From: a virus
Reading direction: 5' to 3' (one strand)
Virus record (IMG/VR): IMGVR_UViG_3300037493_005685
Coordinates: 31,499 to 95,498 of that record
Length of the DNA: 64,000 bases
The translations under genes and the position numbers were made by a program. Under the pieces are notes generated by a model, which was given only the letters and a program-made list of their open reading frames with translations, did not search any database and had not been told where the DNA came from. This document shows positions 27,844 through 36,759 of this stretch, in pieces. Each line of letters opens with the position of its first letter. The stretch's first letter is position 1.

Positions 27844-28955
27844 CTCTTAACCTTCTTCACGACCTTTACGTCGTAACCGAGGCTGAGCTCCTCTATCTCG
27901 ATAGGAGCTGTTGATGCTAGACGGAACATTTTGCACGCAGACATGTTGTGTGTCCCCAAGATACGCAGAGCGTCTTCCTGTGACCTAAACTCTTGCATAT
28001 ACGTAGTTGTCCATGAGCCACAGCTGCGCCCCTCAACGACAAGGAAGCGCTCGTGGATGGGGGTTTCGGTGACAACCTCTCCTAGTGGCTTTATGTATGT
28101 AAGCTTCCCATTCACTAGAATAAAGGAGACGCGGCAACTGGTACAGCGCCGTGGGGCGTCGGGGAAATTTCTGATTTTGTTCGACTCCTCAGTAGAGAAT
28201 TTGAGATGACAACCAGGGCACTCAAGACGATTATCCTCTTTCATGTCGCGCACGCACGTCTCACACAGGTAAAACTCCTTACCTGGAACGCGGTAGCGAT
28301 GTCCCTGCTGGGATTTAAAGCACACGCCACACGTGAATTTTGCGGGTTCAACCCTGGCAAAGGACATCACGGTGGGCCTGTCTTTCTTCAGGCTCTCTAG
28401 GCACCGATAACACACAAAGCCCTCTATGCCAGGGACTTTGTACGCGGTGACGTGGTCGCTCTCGCCACACTCAGAGCACGTGAAGTTGGCTGGCGCAGGC
28501 TTCTCCTCCTTCTTCCTGCAGCTAAAACACACCGGCTCAGCCCCACCCTTAACAGCCAGGGTGGTTTTGAACTTGCGGCCGCAGTTGACGCAGACCACGC
28601 GTTTGGGTACCTCGGCAACTGGTGACTTCGGCTGCCCTACCTGCAGCTCGTGGCAGCGGGGAATCTTGAGGCTTTCATAGAAGCGACAGCCCTTTACAAA
28701 GCTAGCTTCCCCTACGTTCATTTTCGTCTTTGCACATGTCTTACCTGACTTAGCCTTGGGTAAGAAGTGCAGGCACTTACCACACTCGTGTGCCACTTTC
28801 TTTTCCTTCCTTTTGCGCGCATAGAACATGCACGCATCCGAAGTCGGCATGGTGTTGTACCCAGGTGGCCTGGTGCACCTACCATCTCCTCCAGCTCCGG
28901 GTGTTGTTTGTTTGTGGGATTCGAAGAAGGTGCAGGAGCTGCAGCGTGCTGTCAT
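27840..28955 (-). CDS. multi zinc-finger protein
   Basis: Ten or more CxxC pairs in 371 aa. Confidence 0.75.
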   Translation of the reverse strand: MTARCSSCTFFESHKQTTPGAGGDGRCTRPPGYNTMPTSDACMFYARKRKEKKVAHECGKCLHFLPKAKSGKTCAKTKMNVGEASFVKGCRFYESLKIPRCHELQVGQPKSPVAEVPKRVVCVNCGRKFKTTLAVKGGAEPVCFSCRKKEEKPAPANFTCSECGESDHVTAYKVPGIEGFVCYRCLESLKKDRPTVMSFARVEPAKFTCGVCFKSQQGHRYRVPGKEFYLCETCVRDMKEDNRLECPGCHLKFSTEESNKIRNFPDAPRRCTSCRVSFILVNGKLTYIKPLGEVVTETPIHERFLVVEGRSCGSWTTTYMQEFRSQEDALRILGTHNMSACKMFRLASTAPIEIEELSLGYDVKVVKKVKR

Positions 28956-29542
28956 GGCTTCTCCGCTGGCTTCTTAACCCCAGTGTTAATAACCCGGCAC
29001 TTCCATTCTCCAAACGAGAACGGCCGAATGCACTCGGATGTCTCACCCGTCACAGGGTTGGAGATGAGCTTGACGTCCTTGTCCTGTGTCATGGCGAAGG
29101 CGATGTCGTCGTTGGCGCAGCCCTTAAAGCTCATGAACACGCCTCCTATCACTACCGCCGCAATTGCTACGATGATCATGAGCTCGATGAGGGTGAAACC
29201 TCTCTCACCTTCCACACAGCGCTGTACTTCCGCCTGCCTCTTTCCCTTCTCAGTCAATTTCCACACCGTTATCTCCACGCCGTGGGACCCCTTCCTTGAC
29301 CCGCACTCACAAATCAAACCTTGGTCTATGAGTTCTGCCACGCGTGGTCGGATAGAGTGTTCCTGTATGCGCGGATTATCGTTGTACAGGTCTTCATTCG
29401 TCGCGCCTTTATCTCCTGCGCGGACGAACGTGTTAAACGCAATTTGCCTTAACCTCGGCCGGTGGGTCTGTATTGCCGCTGCCCCCGAGTGGCTAGCGGT
29501 GTTGTCTGTATTTCTCACTGGAACTTTTGTTTCGTCTCTCAT
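28952..29542 (-). CDS. winged-HTH-like domain fused to type IV prepilin-like segment
   Basis: RPRVAELIDQGLI...VWKLT then RG/FTLIELMIIVAIAAVVIGG; GGAGG SD. Confidence 0.7.
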   Translation of the reverse strand: MRDETKVPVRNTDNTASHSGAAAIQTHRPRLRQIAFNTFVRAGDKGATNEDLYNDNPRIQEHSIRPRVAELIDQGLICECGSRKGSHGVEITVWKLTEKGKRQAEVQRCVEGERGFTLIELMIIVAIAAVVIGGVFMSFKGCANDDIAFAMTQDKDVKLISNPVTGETSECIRPFSFGEWKCRVINTGVKKPAEKP

Positions 29543-29766
29543 GTTGCCTCCTCCACATCGTTTTCGATGTTCTGCACGCTCTCATTGAAGCGCTTTACTG
29601 CCTCGTCAGCATCCTCTTCATCGACATCAATGTATCTGGCGCTGAGCAGCTGCGAGGATGCCTTGCGGTATCCCCGTAGCGCGTTAATAACTTGTACGAC
29701 CGCGAAGCGATTACCCGTCAGGGCACGGCGCTCGAGGTCCTGGAGGGGTGTACGTTCTTCAGGCAT
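29539..29766 (-). CDS. hypothetical protein
   Basis: 75 aa; AAGGAG SD. Confidence 0.65.
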   Translation of the reverse strand: MPEERTPLQDLERRALTGNRFAVVQVINALRGYRKASSQLLSARYIDVDEEDADEAVKRFNESVQNIENDVEEAT

Positions 29767-29769
29767 TCT

Positions 29770-30078
29770 TTACTCCTTGCAGTCAGCGGCGACCTCGCGC
29801 CAATTGTGGATGTCGTCTCTTTCGTCAGTAAGCACCTCTAGGTGCCTGCTTACTTCCTCCATATGTGACCCGTTTACACTCTCGTCCTTTATGCGCTTCC
29901 AGATGATGTGACACCGGGAGTTCACCACGCCCTCGTAGTGGCTGTCGTTGAACTGCACCACAAACCACGTGTACACCGTAATGGCGGCGGCTAGAGCGCA
30001 CAGCCAACCAATAATGACGACGGGGGAGAGTGACGGGCGGACGTAGAGAGGGAGGAACACCTTCTCGTCTTCTGTCAT
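29770..30078 (-). CDS. membrane-anchored hypothetical protein
   Basis: One TM; ATGA overlap. Confidence 0.65.
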   Translation of the reverse strand: MTEDEKVFLPLYVRPSLSPVVIIGWLCALAAAITVYTWFVVQFNDSHYEGVVNSRCHIIWKRIKDESVNGSHMEEVSRHLEVLTDERDDIHNWREVAADCKE

Positions 30079-30293
30079 GGCTTTTCTTTCTTCCTTATGA
30101 GTTTTTCGAGACGCGCAATCTCCATTTTTATTAGGCGAGCTCGATTAAGATATCCGGTTTGAGATAGTTTCAAAGAATCGATGTCTCGTTGTACCCGGTT
30201 AACCTCTCCCTCAGCCACGGCTAAACGCCTTCTCTCAGCGATTAGGGCGCGCTCGGGGTCCTCGTCGTTGGAGTGTACTTTGGGCTCCTTCAT
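30075..30293 (-). CDS. coiled-coil hypothetical protein
   Basis: TAATG overlap, GGAG SD. Confidence 0.6.
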   Translation of the reverse strand: MKEPKVHSNDEDPERALIAERRRLAVAEGEVNRVQRDIDSLKLSQTGYLNRARLIKMEIARLEKLIRKKEKP

Positions 30294-30679
30294 TACTTCT
30301 CCTTCGCCATCGCCGAAAGCTCGTTTACACCCTTCACGCACTTGTTGGCGAGCTCTACGTAAATGGCACACCTAATCCCGCATGCTTCCTGTACCCAGTT
30401 GTTTTGCTTCTCTTCGCACTCCTTGAGGCGCTTATCCCAAACGCCCCTGGAGACCTTAGAGAGGACTAAGCAGTCTTGCTTATCCCGCGTCTGCGTCTTT
30501 ACTAGCGCGTTCAGGCTGTCGTTGCTCTTTTGCATCTCGGCTACGCGCGCCTGCAGTGCGATGTTCTCTTCTTTAATGCGTCCGTAGTCAGCATTCTTAG
30601 CTAGCATCAAGATTCCTATTACTAATAACGTAACAATCTCGACGGTGAGAAGTGCCACCATTGGTGTGGTCTTGTTCAC
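30293..30679 (-). CDS. membrane-anchored coiled-coil protein
   Basis: N-terminal TM followed by coiled coil. Confidence 0.65.
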   Translation of the reverse strand: MNKTTPMVALLTVEIVTLLVIGILMLAKNADYGRIKEENIALQARVAEMQKSNDSLNALVKTQTRDKQDCLVLSKVSRGVWDKRLKECEEKQNNWVQEACGIRCAIYVELANKCVKGVNELSAMAKEK

Positions 30680-31120
30680 GGATTCTCCTTTGCTCTATGC
30701 AGCAGCATCGCCCGCATGGCTTGCCACTCGTAGTTTCTATAGCCGCTGTCCACGTAGATGCGCGTCTCATTCATCCTGTGGCTATTGGCTGTGATATAGG
30801 CTTCTGCTGCGGCCTCAGTGAAGAACGGCTGAACGAACTCCCACTGGTCCACGTAGCCGGTGCGGTGGTACTTCGAGGGGACCGTAAAGGTTTCCTGATA
30901 CATCTCCTCGAGCCGGGCGCGCTCCTCGGCCTCTACTTCCTGGCAGTCATTCTCCTCATCCAACCAGACGACCTCGCTGTCGTCCACGATGTCGGGGGTC
31001 CACGCCGTATAAGCGCTTTTTCTGCTGAACCAGATAAATGGGCTCAGCGGTGCAGCGGTTGTCCTGGCCCACTATGTCTTTGGCGGACTGGGCGAGGACT
31101 TCTCTGTAGTCGGTTATCAC
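30676..31120 (-). pseudogene. Ead/Ea22-like phage protein split by a +1 frameshift at C5 run (30994-30998)
   Basis: QDNRCTAEPIYLVQQKKRLYGVDP continues in +1 frame as DIVDDSEVVW...QWEFVQPFFTE...RIYVDSGYRNYEW. Confidence 0.6.
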
Positions 31121-31347
31121 TTGAGCTCCTTTAGGTTGTACGTCTCCACCCCCGCGTCTTCCTTGGTGCGGTACTGCATGGACCACCTCGAACCGAAGCG
31201 GTTAAACATCTCTTCACGGGCCGCATCAAAGGTCCCGTGGATTACGCAGTAACGTCCTGCGTACGCCTGGCCGCACCCGAAGGTGAATATCCAGTCCTGG
31301 GCTTCTTCTGTTTCGGGTACGAGCTCGACCTGTGTGTTACTTGACAT
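31117..31347 (-). CDS. hypothetical phage protein (WIFTFGCGQ motif)
   Basis: 76 aa; AGGAG SD. Confidence 0.7.
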   Translation of the reverse strand: MSSNTQVELVPETEEAQDWIFTFGCGQAYAGRYCVIHGTFDAAREEMFNRFGSRWSMQYRTKEDAGVETYNLKELK

Positions 31348-31711
31348 TCATGTCTCCTATTTCGGTTGTGGTCTTTCCGTACTTACGGATGAGACCGTCT
31401 GTTGTGGCAATTTCGATACGTAGCTTCAGCTCAAGCTCTTGTACCTTATACGCCATGCGTTTGTGCTCGGCCTTACGCGAGACCCTAGCAGCCCAAGCCA
31501 GCATCTCGTGCGTCGCGTTTTCTTGGGTGCTTGTGCGGCCACGCATGTTGGCGAATGCCCGCTGGCACCGCTTGCACATTAGGGGCTGTTCTACCTTTCC
31601 TTTGATGTCGTACTCCTTGAGTATCCAGTGGTCCCACACGGGCATGAACCCTGCGGCATCTTTGCAGATGCAGCACTTGTGACAATCTCTGAGGGGTTTA
31701 TCTGTGTTCAT
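31337..31711 (-). CDS. zinc-binding hypothetical protein
   Basis: CCIC...CKRC; ATGA overlap. Confidence 0.6.
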   Translation of the reverse strand: MNTDKPLRDCHKCCICKDAAGFMPVWDHWILKEYDIKGKVEQPLMCKRCQRAFANMRGRTSTQENATHEMLAWAARVSRKAEHKRMAYKVQELELKLRIEIATTDGLIRKYGKTTTEIGDMNVK

Positions 31712-32022
31712 TTTGTTTCTTCCCACACCCAATCACCTTGTCGCGCTATGTTCCTGGCGTACCTGTGTTTAGTGGGATATTTAACATATTCAAGTCTGTA
31801 CGTGCCCCGTGCGCAGCTCCACCTCTCCCATACAACACACACGACGTCGTCTTCGTGACACACCTTTTCTGGCTTAACGCGAACGTCCGCTGCAACAAAA
31901 CCTCCAGCAGCGTTCATCGTGACTGTAATACTTTTTGTGTTTATCTTTTTTACGGTCCCACGCTCTAGGTTGTAGTCACGTAGCATGCAAACTCTGTCTC
32001 CTATTTGAAGCTGTTTCTTCAT
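31708..32022 (-). CDS. hypothetical protein (SH3/KOW-like N-terminus)
   Basis: LQIGDRV...GTVKKI; ATGA overlap. Confidence 0.6.
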   Translation of the reverse strand: MKKQLQIGDRVCMLRDYNLERGTVKKINTKSITVTMNAAGGFVAADVRVKPEKVCHEDDVVCVVWERWSCARGTYRLEYVKYPTKHRYARNIARQGDWVWEETK

Positions 32023-32300
32023 CTCTTCACCTTCAAGATGTTATTGACGTCCTCCACCGACATCGACTCATCCGGTGGAATACTGAGCTGGCACTCCCGC
32101 AGCCAGTCGTACACCTGACAGAATTCAGCGTAGAGGTCTGTGTTTCGTCTCTCGAGCTCATTGACCCTCTCCTGCAGCAGCCCGGCCTCAGCGCGTGTCT
32201 CGTTGATTCGATAGAGCATGAGGGCGTAAATGCCGAGCAGCGCGGCCCAGCAGACGACCATCCATGCCCAGCTGATAATGCGTTCTTTGCGGGTTCTCAT
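32019..32300 (-). CDS. membrane-anchored coiled-coil protein
   Basis: N-terminal TM; ATGA overlap. Confidence 0.65.
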   Translation of the reverse strand: MRTRKERIISWAWMVVCWAALLGIYALMLYRINETRAEAGLLQERVNELERRNTDLYAEFCQVYDWLRECQLSIPPDESMSVEDVNNILKVKR

Positions 32301-33004
32301 CCCAGCTCCTTCGCGCGGTTAGCAATATCTAGGTGCGTGTCCTCACGGTATAGACGCTTTGCTGTGGCTCGGGCTTCCCATCCTTGCTCATTTGCGCGCA
32401 TCATGAATACGCGTTTCCACTTAGGTGCGTATAAAAAGCACCACTCCCAAGGGTGGTATTCTCTCGGTTGGTAAAGCGTGAAGTGTGCGCACTTATCCAA
32501 CTGATTAGGGTAGTGTTGCCCTTTGTTGTTGTACGTGGTCGTACATGAAAATACGGCGGGTATTTTTTCACGGTGCGTATTTGTATAAACGAAGCAGTCA
32601 CAGAATTTAAGCTTACGCGGATTAACCAACTCAAGGTATACGCCGTTAGCCAACATAATGTCGCCCAACTCCTCTATGGCTTTTGCACGTTCTCTTCCAT
32701 CCATCATTCTCTTTTTTGGCGGAACAACGGTGTTATGTGTTCGTACTGGCGTTGTATCAAAGGTACTTTTAGCTGGTGGGACTATGAGTATAGGGACAGG
32801 AGCAGGGTTCTGGATAAGCACAGGCGGTGGAATATGGATAGGGGTAGGTGTGTTTGACTCAGGCTTATTCAAAGATATGACAAGACTTCTCTCGTCGAAT
32901 TCACCTGCTTTAAGGTCCATTGGGACCTTTAGTTCGTGTAGCTCGATTACCATCTCGAGCTCACTCTTGTCCATGAAGGCTGCGAACTCTGCTATCTTTT
33001 TCAT
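32297..33004 (-). CDS. hypothetical protein
   Basis: 235 aa; Pro-rich linker; ATGA overlap. Confidence 0.65.
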   Translation of the reverse strand: MKKIAEFAAFMDKSELEMVIELHELKVPMDLKAGEFDERSLVISLNKPESNTPTPIHIPPPVLIQNPAPVPILIVPPAKSTFDTTPVRTHNTVVPPKKRMMDGRERAKAIEELGDIMLANGVYLELVNPRKLKFCDCFVYTNTHREKIPAVFSCTTTYNNKGQHYPNQLDKCAHFTLYQPREYHPWEWCFLYAPKWKRVFMMRANEQGWEARATAKRLYREDTHLDIANRAKELG

Positions 33005-34341
33005 TTCACAATTGCTCTTTTCTCTGTGAGAGGCGCAGCCTCAGGGCCGCGCCAGAATGGTTCAATCCAAATGGTCTTGTGCTCGAGCCTGCCTGTGCCA
33101 CACACCTGGTTGCGCCAGTGGCCGGACACCAGTGTCCGCACGGTGATGTGGCGTCCTTCCCCTGGCGACTGTGCCGCTGTTTTGTCGTCCCAGCGTTTGA
33201 TGGTGTAGTTCTTACCGAGAAGAACACGTACACCCGAGTTCATACCGCGCATACGTAGCTTCAACTCTTCTCGCTTCTTACCTTGGGCCTTTAGCATGCG
33301 CTCTTTGTAGCTTTCATACTCAGGGGACACATGTACGAATGAAGCGTCTGCGTCGCTACGTGTTACGTAAAGCACAACGTTCATTAAGAATTTGAATAGC
33401 TCTTTGGAGCTATCAATGATACACTTATCCCAACACACGTTCCCTGGATTACCCGCACCAATTGTGCTTTCACCTGCGCCATACGGTAGGGTAATCACGC
33501 ACGTCTCTTCTCCCCGCATCATCTTTTCAGCTGAGTTAATGCACTGATTAATTGATTCGTTTTGACGCAGAGGAATATAAAAATGCGTGATATGCGCGTT
33601 AGGTAATGCCTTATTAGCGTTTGTACAAACAACTACAACGCGCCAAAGTCTGAGCCCCACAGGGCTTGTATCTTCTAGAATATACGCGCCTTCTACAGGC
33701 AATGTCATATGTCCAGTACTAGCAGGAATGATGCTGTCCGAATACGTGGTAAACGTAAACTTCTCTGGGGGAAATTCCACGTAAATAGCCGGTGCAGGTG
33801 AGCGTAAGTTATCTGCAGGATACTGGCTGAGCTTTGTAGCTTTAAGGGCCTCAGCTAGTTTAGGTGTAACCGTGTACGTTTTCTTTCCGGCTTTTTCCCA
33901 TGTTATAGCTGAAAAAGACGCTATGAACTGCGTGTGCAGCGCGTTCATGAGTAAACTGTCTGTGTTGGCCTTATCAAATGCTTGTAGTATAACGTACGCC
34001 ATATCTGTGAATTCTTTAGTACGCGTTAACATGTTGTAGGAGTATGGATGCGCAAACGCGTTAACCATTGTTTTAAACGGCGGGATAAATGACGCGGACA
34101 AGTGTGCAATCATAGCCTCTTGCGTCATTTTTTGTTTTGCTACAAAGTTTTTCATCCAACCAAAGAACATGGCAAGTTGCCCTAGCCACACCTTATCTGG
34201 GTCTTGGTCTCCTGTCTTAATACCTACTTTAGTACCGTAAATCTCCAACAATTCACCCGCGCACACTTTTTCCCAGGTACGGGCTACATCACTTGTGACG
34301 CAACCTAACTTAATCAAAACTTCAGGATGAATGTCCCTCAT
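33001..34341 (-). CDS. hypothetical protein with C-terminal VxGHWRxQ...IWIxPFWRG motif
   Basis: AAGGAGG SD before ATG 34341; the motif recurs in phage proteins of unknown function. Confidence 0.75.
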   Translation of the reverse strand: MRDIHPEVLIKLGCVTSDVARTWEKVCAGELLEIYGTKVGIKTGDQDPDKVWLGQLAMFFGWMKNFVAKQKMTQEAMIAHLSASFIPPFKTMVNAFAHPYSYNMLTRTKEFTDMAYVILQAFDKANTDSLLMNALHTQFIASFSAITWEKAGKKTYTVTPKLAEALKATKLSQYPADNLRSPAPAIYVEFPPEKFTFTTYSDSIIPASTGHMTLPVEGAYILEDTSPVGLRLWRVVVVCTNANKALPNAHITHFYIPLRQNESINQCINSAEKMMRGEETCVITLPYGAGESTIGAGNPGNVCWDKCIIDSSKELFKFLMNVVLYVTRSDADASFVHVSPEYESYKERMLKAQGKKREELKLRMRGMNSGVRVLLGKNYTIKRWDDKTAAQSPGEGRHITVRTLVSGHWRNQVCGTGRLEHKTIWIEPFWRGPEAAPLTEKRAIVK

Positions 34342-34445
34342 AACCAAAGCCTCCTTGTTTGTTGTTGCCTTCAGACACTTATAACAAAAAAAGAGGCCAA
34401 CTTCGAAGAGCAAGTTGACCTCTTATGCGGACATATTTCTATTTT

Positions 34446-34889
34446 TTACAGCTGCACGTTCTCACCGAACATACGCTTATACTGCGCAATGAGGTCGTTA
34501 CGACTATTCTCGAAGGCTTCCAACTTATCGCTCTTTACCTTTTTGGACAGGGCCTTCTCGAAGCGCTCATGCGCCAGCTTGATGCGCGCCAGCATGACCT
34601 TCTTAACGTGCGCAACTTTGTCGGCATCAACGGAGTTGCCAACTGGTTTTACCTCTGTGGTGATCAGCATCACCGGCTCGTCGATGGGATCGAGGTGCGC
34701 GATAACGTCACTGGGCGTGTTAAGCACCGCCTCATCCGCCTCCACCTTCAGTTGGTACTCGTACTGTTTGAGAGCCAGCTCGATAACCCACTCAGTATTC
34801 TCACCGCTGAGAATCTGAGCCAGGCCCTCGAGGACTTCCGGGCGGTGCGCGTGTTCACGGATGAAATTCGCTACGATTTTGCTTTGCAT
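34446..34889 (-). CDS. hypothetical protein
   Basis: 147 aa; GGAG SD. Confidence 0.7.
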   Translation of the reverse strand: MQSKIVANFIREHAHRPEVLEGLAQILSGENTEWVIELALKQYEYQLKVEADEAVLNTPSDVIAHLDPIDEPVMLITTEVKPVGNSVDADKVAHVKKVMLARIKLAHERFEKALSKKVKSDKLEAFENSRNDLIAQYKRMFGENVQL

Positions 34890-34892
34890 TTC

Positions 34893-35240
34893 TTACTCCC
34901 AAATTCTGTAGGCGGACGGGTCGTCTAAAAGCCACTCTTGCTTACCGAGAATCATTCCCCGGATAAACTCTTTCAGGTCCACGTATACGGATACTTGCTT
35001 CTTTTCTTTGCTATCATACAAGGTCAATCCAAGGCGCTCATCCGTCGTAATCTCTGCACGTATCCGCCAGTTAAGTCGTATCTTAGCGGACTCACCTACC
35101 ATGACAGATGCTCCTGCTCCTTCACCTTCTAGTAGATTCTTTCCCTTACACACGTGCATGAACGCCTCGTGGTTAGGGAAACAAAACACTGTGTACTTTG
35201 GTACCTTGTTGATTGCGAACCGGGGTTTCTTAGCTGACAT
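34893..35240 (-). CDS. hypothetical protein
   Basis: 115 aa; AAGGAGG SD. Confidence 0.7.
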   Translation of the reverse strand: MSAKKPRFAINKVPKYTVFCFPNHEAFMHVCKGKNLLEGEGAGASVMVGESAKIRLNWRIRAEITTDERLGLTLYDSKEKKQVSVYVDLKEFIRGMILGKQEWLLDDPSAYRIWE

Positions 35241-35262
35241 TTATCCTCCTTTGTTTCAGATA

Positions 35263-35430
35263 CCAAAAAAGACGTTCACCTTTTGCATAGCAATAGGTGA
35301 CGGTCTTTTTCGCGATGCACACGGTGTAAGGACCTGGCGGAAGTGTTGGAGTCCCACTATCACCTGGCTGATTCTCCACGTGCATGGCTAAAGAGAAGAA
35401 CGCAGAATCCGACTTTCGACTCTCTGTAAA
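35263..35430 (-). ncRNA. candidate small RNA between GGTATAAG motif and terminator hairpin
   Basis: Motif at 35431-35438; ATGCAC/GTGCAT stem; terminator AAAAAGAC..TCACCT..AGGTGA..GTCTTTTTT. Confidence 0.35.
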
Positions 35431-35456
35431 CTTATACCTTTATACTGAGGTTTTTC

Positions 35457-35951
35457 TTAATGAATGTGAGAGTTCTGTTCGTCTATCATCTTCTTGAAAG
35501 TTTCCTCTGAGAGGTCATCGAAAGTCTCAACTAGCACCTGACGGATTTCATCTTTGGTTTTTCCTCCAGCAATACCCATCTGCATAGCCAGAGCACACAG
35601 CGTCATCATGATTTCCCCAGCGGGAATCTCTCCAATCCTATCCATGTAGAAGGCCATGGTCTTATCGTTGTCATCTGAGACGTACTTGATAATTAGCGCG
35701 CGACTCACCTTCATTTTTTCCTCCTGATGGTTGAGCAAAACAGCATAACAATGTTTGCAACCTTGTGCTACTCTCTTATGCATGTGGAATAAACCAAACG
35801 CCAACAAGCCCCACATCGTAAACCAGCTAAGTAAGATCACGTACTTAACTACGAAGCTTGTACGCTTGTTACTCCAGGAACGTTTGACCCGTATGGATTC
35901 CCAGCTCAAAGCGCAGGGCATACCATCCTCTAACGTTTCACATGAGTACAA
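35457..35951 (-). CDS. hypothetical protein (strong internal start at 35714)
   Basis: AGGAGG SD before MKVSRAL; upstream part has a TM. Confidence 0.55.
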   Translation of the reverse strand: MYSCETLEDGMPCALSWESIRVKRSWSNKRTSFVVKYVILLSWFTMWGLLAFGLFHMHKRVAQGCKHCYAVLLNHQEEKMKVSRALIIKYVSDDNDKTMAFYMDRIGEIPAGEIMMTLCALAMQMGIAGGKTKDEIRQVLVETFDDLSEETFKKMIDEQNSHIH

Positions 35952-36064
35952 TCTTTACGCTGTAAAAGCGGACAAAGAATATGCGAGCGCCTTAGGGGTG
36001 AAAACTCCTCCGCTGGTGGTGCATGAGGACAAAGGCGATTTCTAACCTCTCCTATATTTGAACC

Positions 36065-36751
36065 ATGGCACACACGATAGCTACCGGCCTCTCTGCAGCC
36101 AAGGCCCTTGTCACCCACAACGGCGCTCGCTACGCCATGGCGCGTAGGCGCTATATTGGCTTGGCTGGGCAGTACTGTAACGACATACCGCAGTCCCTTC
36201 TGTTCGCGCATATCACAAGGGTGAACCCCTCGTTTGATGTAGCCCCAACAGCGCCAACGGCGCAAGAAAACCCCCTCATAGCGAACACTGCTGGGCTACT
36301 CCGAGTACCCATCACCTATCTGAAAGACGCGGGAATCACGCCACGTTTAGCCAACGATGTGGAGATGTGTACTTGGGTATGGTGCAAGTCCTTCAACGAA
36401 GACGCCAAGTACCTGTACCGGACGTACCCTGGGTTGTTTCCGGAAGCCAACGAAGACTTCTGGCGCTGTGCCTATGCCCGGACATCTCTGGGTGATGTGT
36501 ATTTTGATTACCTGTGGACAGAGAGCCGCTTAACGTCTCTGCACACAGGAAAGGTATGGAGTCACATACAGGCTCTACTAGAACTGCGTAACAAAGCTCT
36601 CGGTAACATGACCGCATCGCAGTTAAAAAACTACGTGTTCTATGAGTTCGAGTATGTGTTCCAGTTGGCTAAGACCAAAGGGCACGTGCACTCAACGGGC
36701 TTTGGCTCCGAGCCTGCGCTATCCCAACGACTCACTGCGTTCTTTAAATAG
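36065..36751 (+). CDS. hypothetical late protein (leaderless)
   Basis: TATATT-N6-ATG; 228 aa. Confidence 0.7.
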   Translation: MAHTIATGLSAAKALVTHNGARYAMARRRYIGLAGQYCNDIPQSLLFAHITRVNPSFDVAPTAPTAQENPLIANTAGLLRVPITYLKDAGITPRLANDVEMCTWVWCKSFNEDAKYLYRTYPGLFPEANEDFWRCAYARTSLGDVYFDYLWTESRLTSLHTGKVWSHIQALLELRNKALGNMTASQLKNYVFYEFEYVFQLAKTKGHVHSTGFGSEPALSQRLTAFFK

Positions 36752-36759
36752 AGGTCAGC

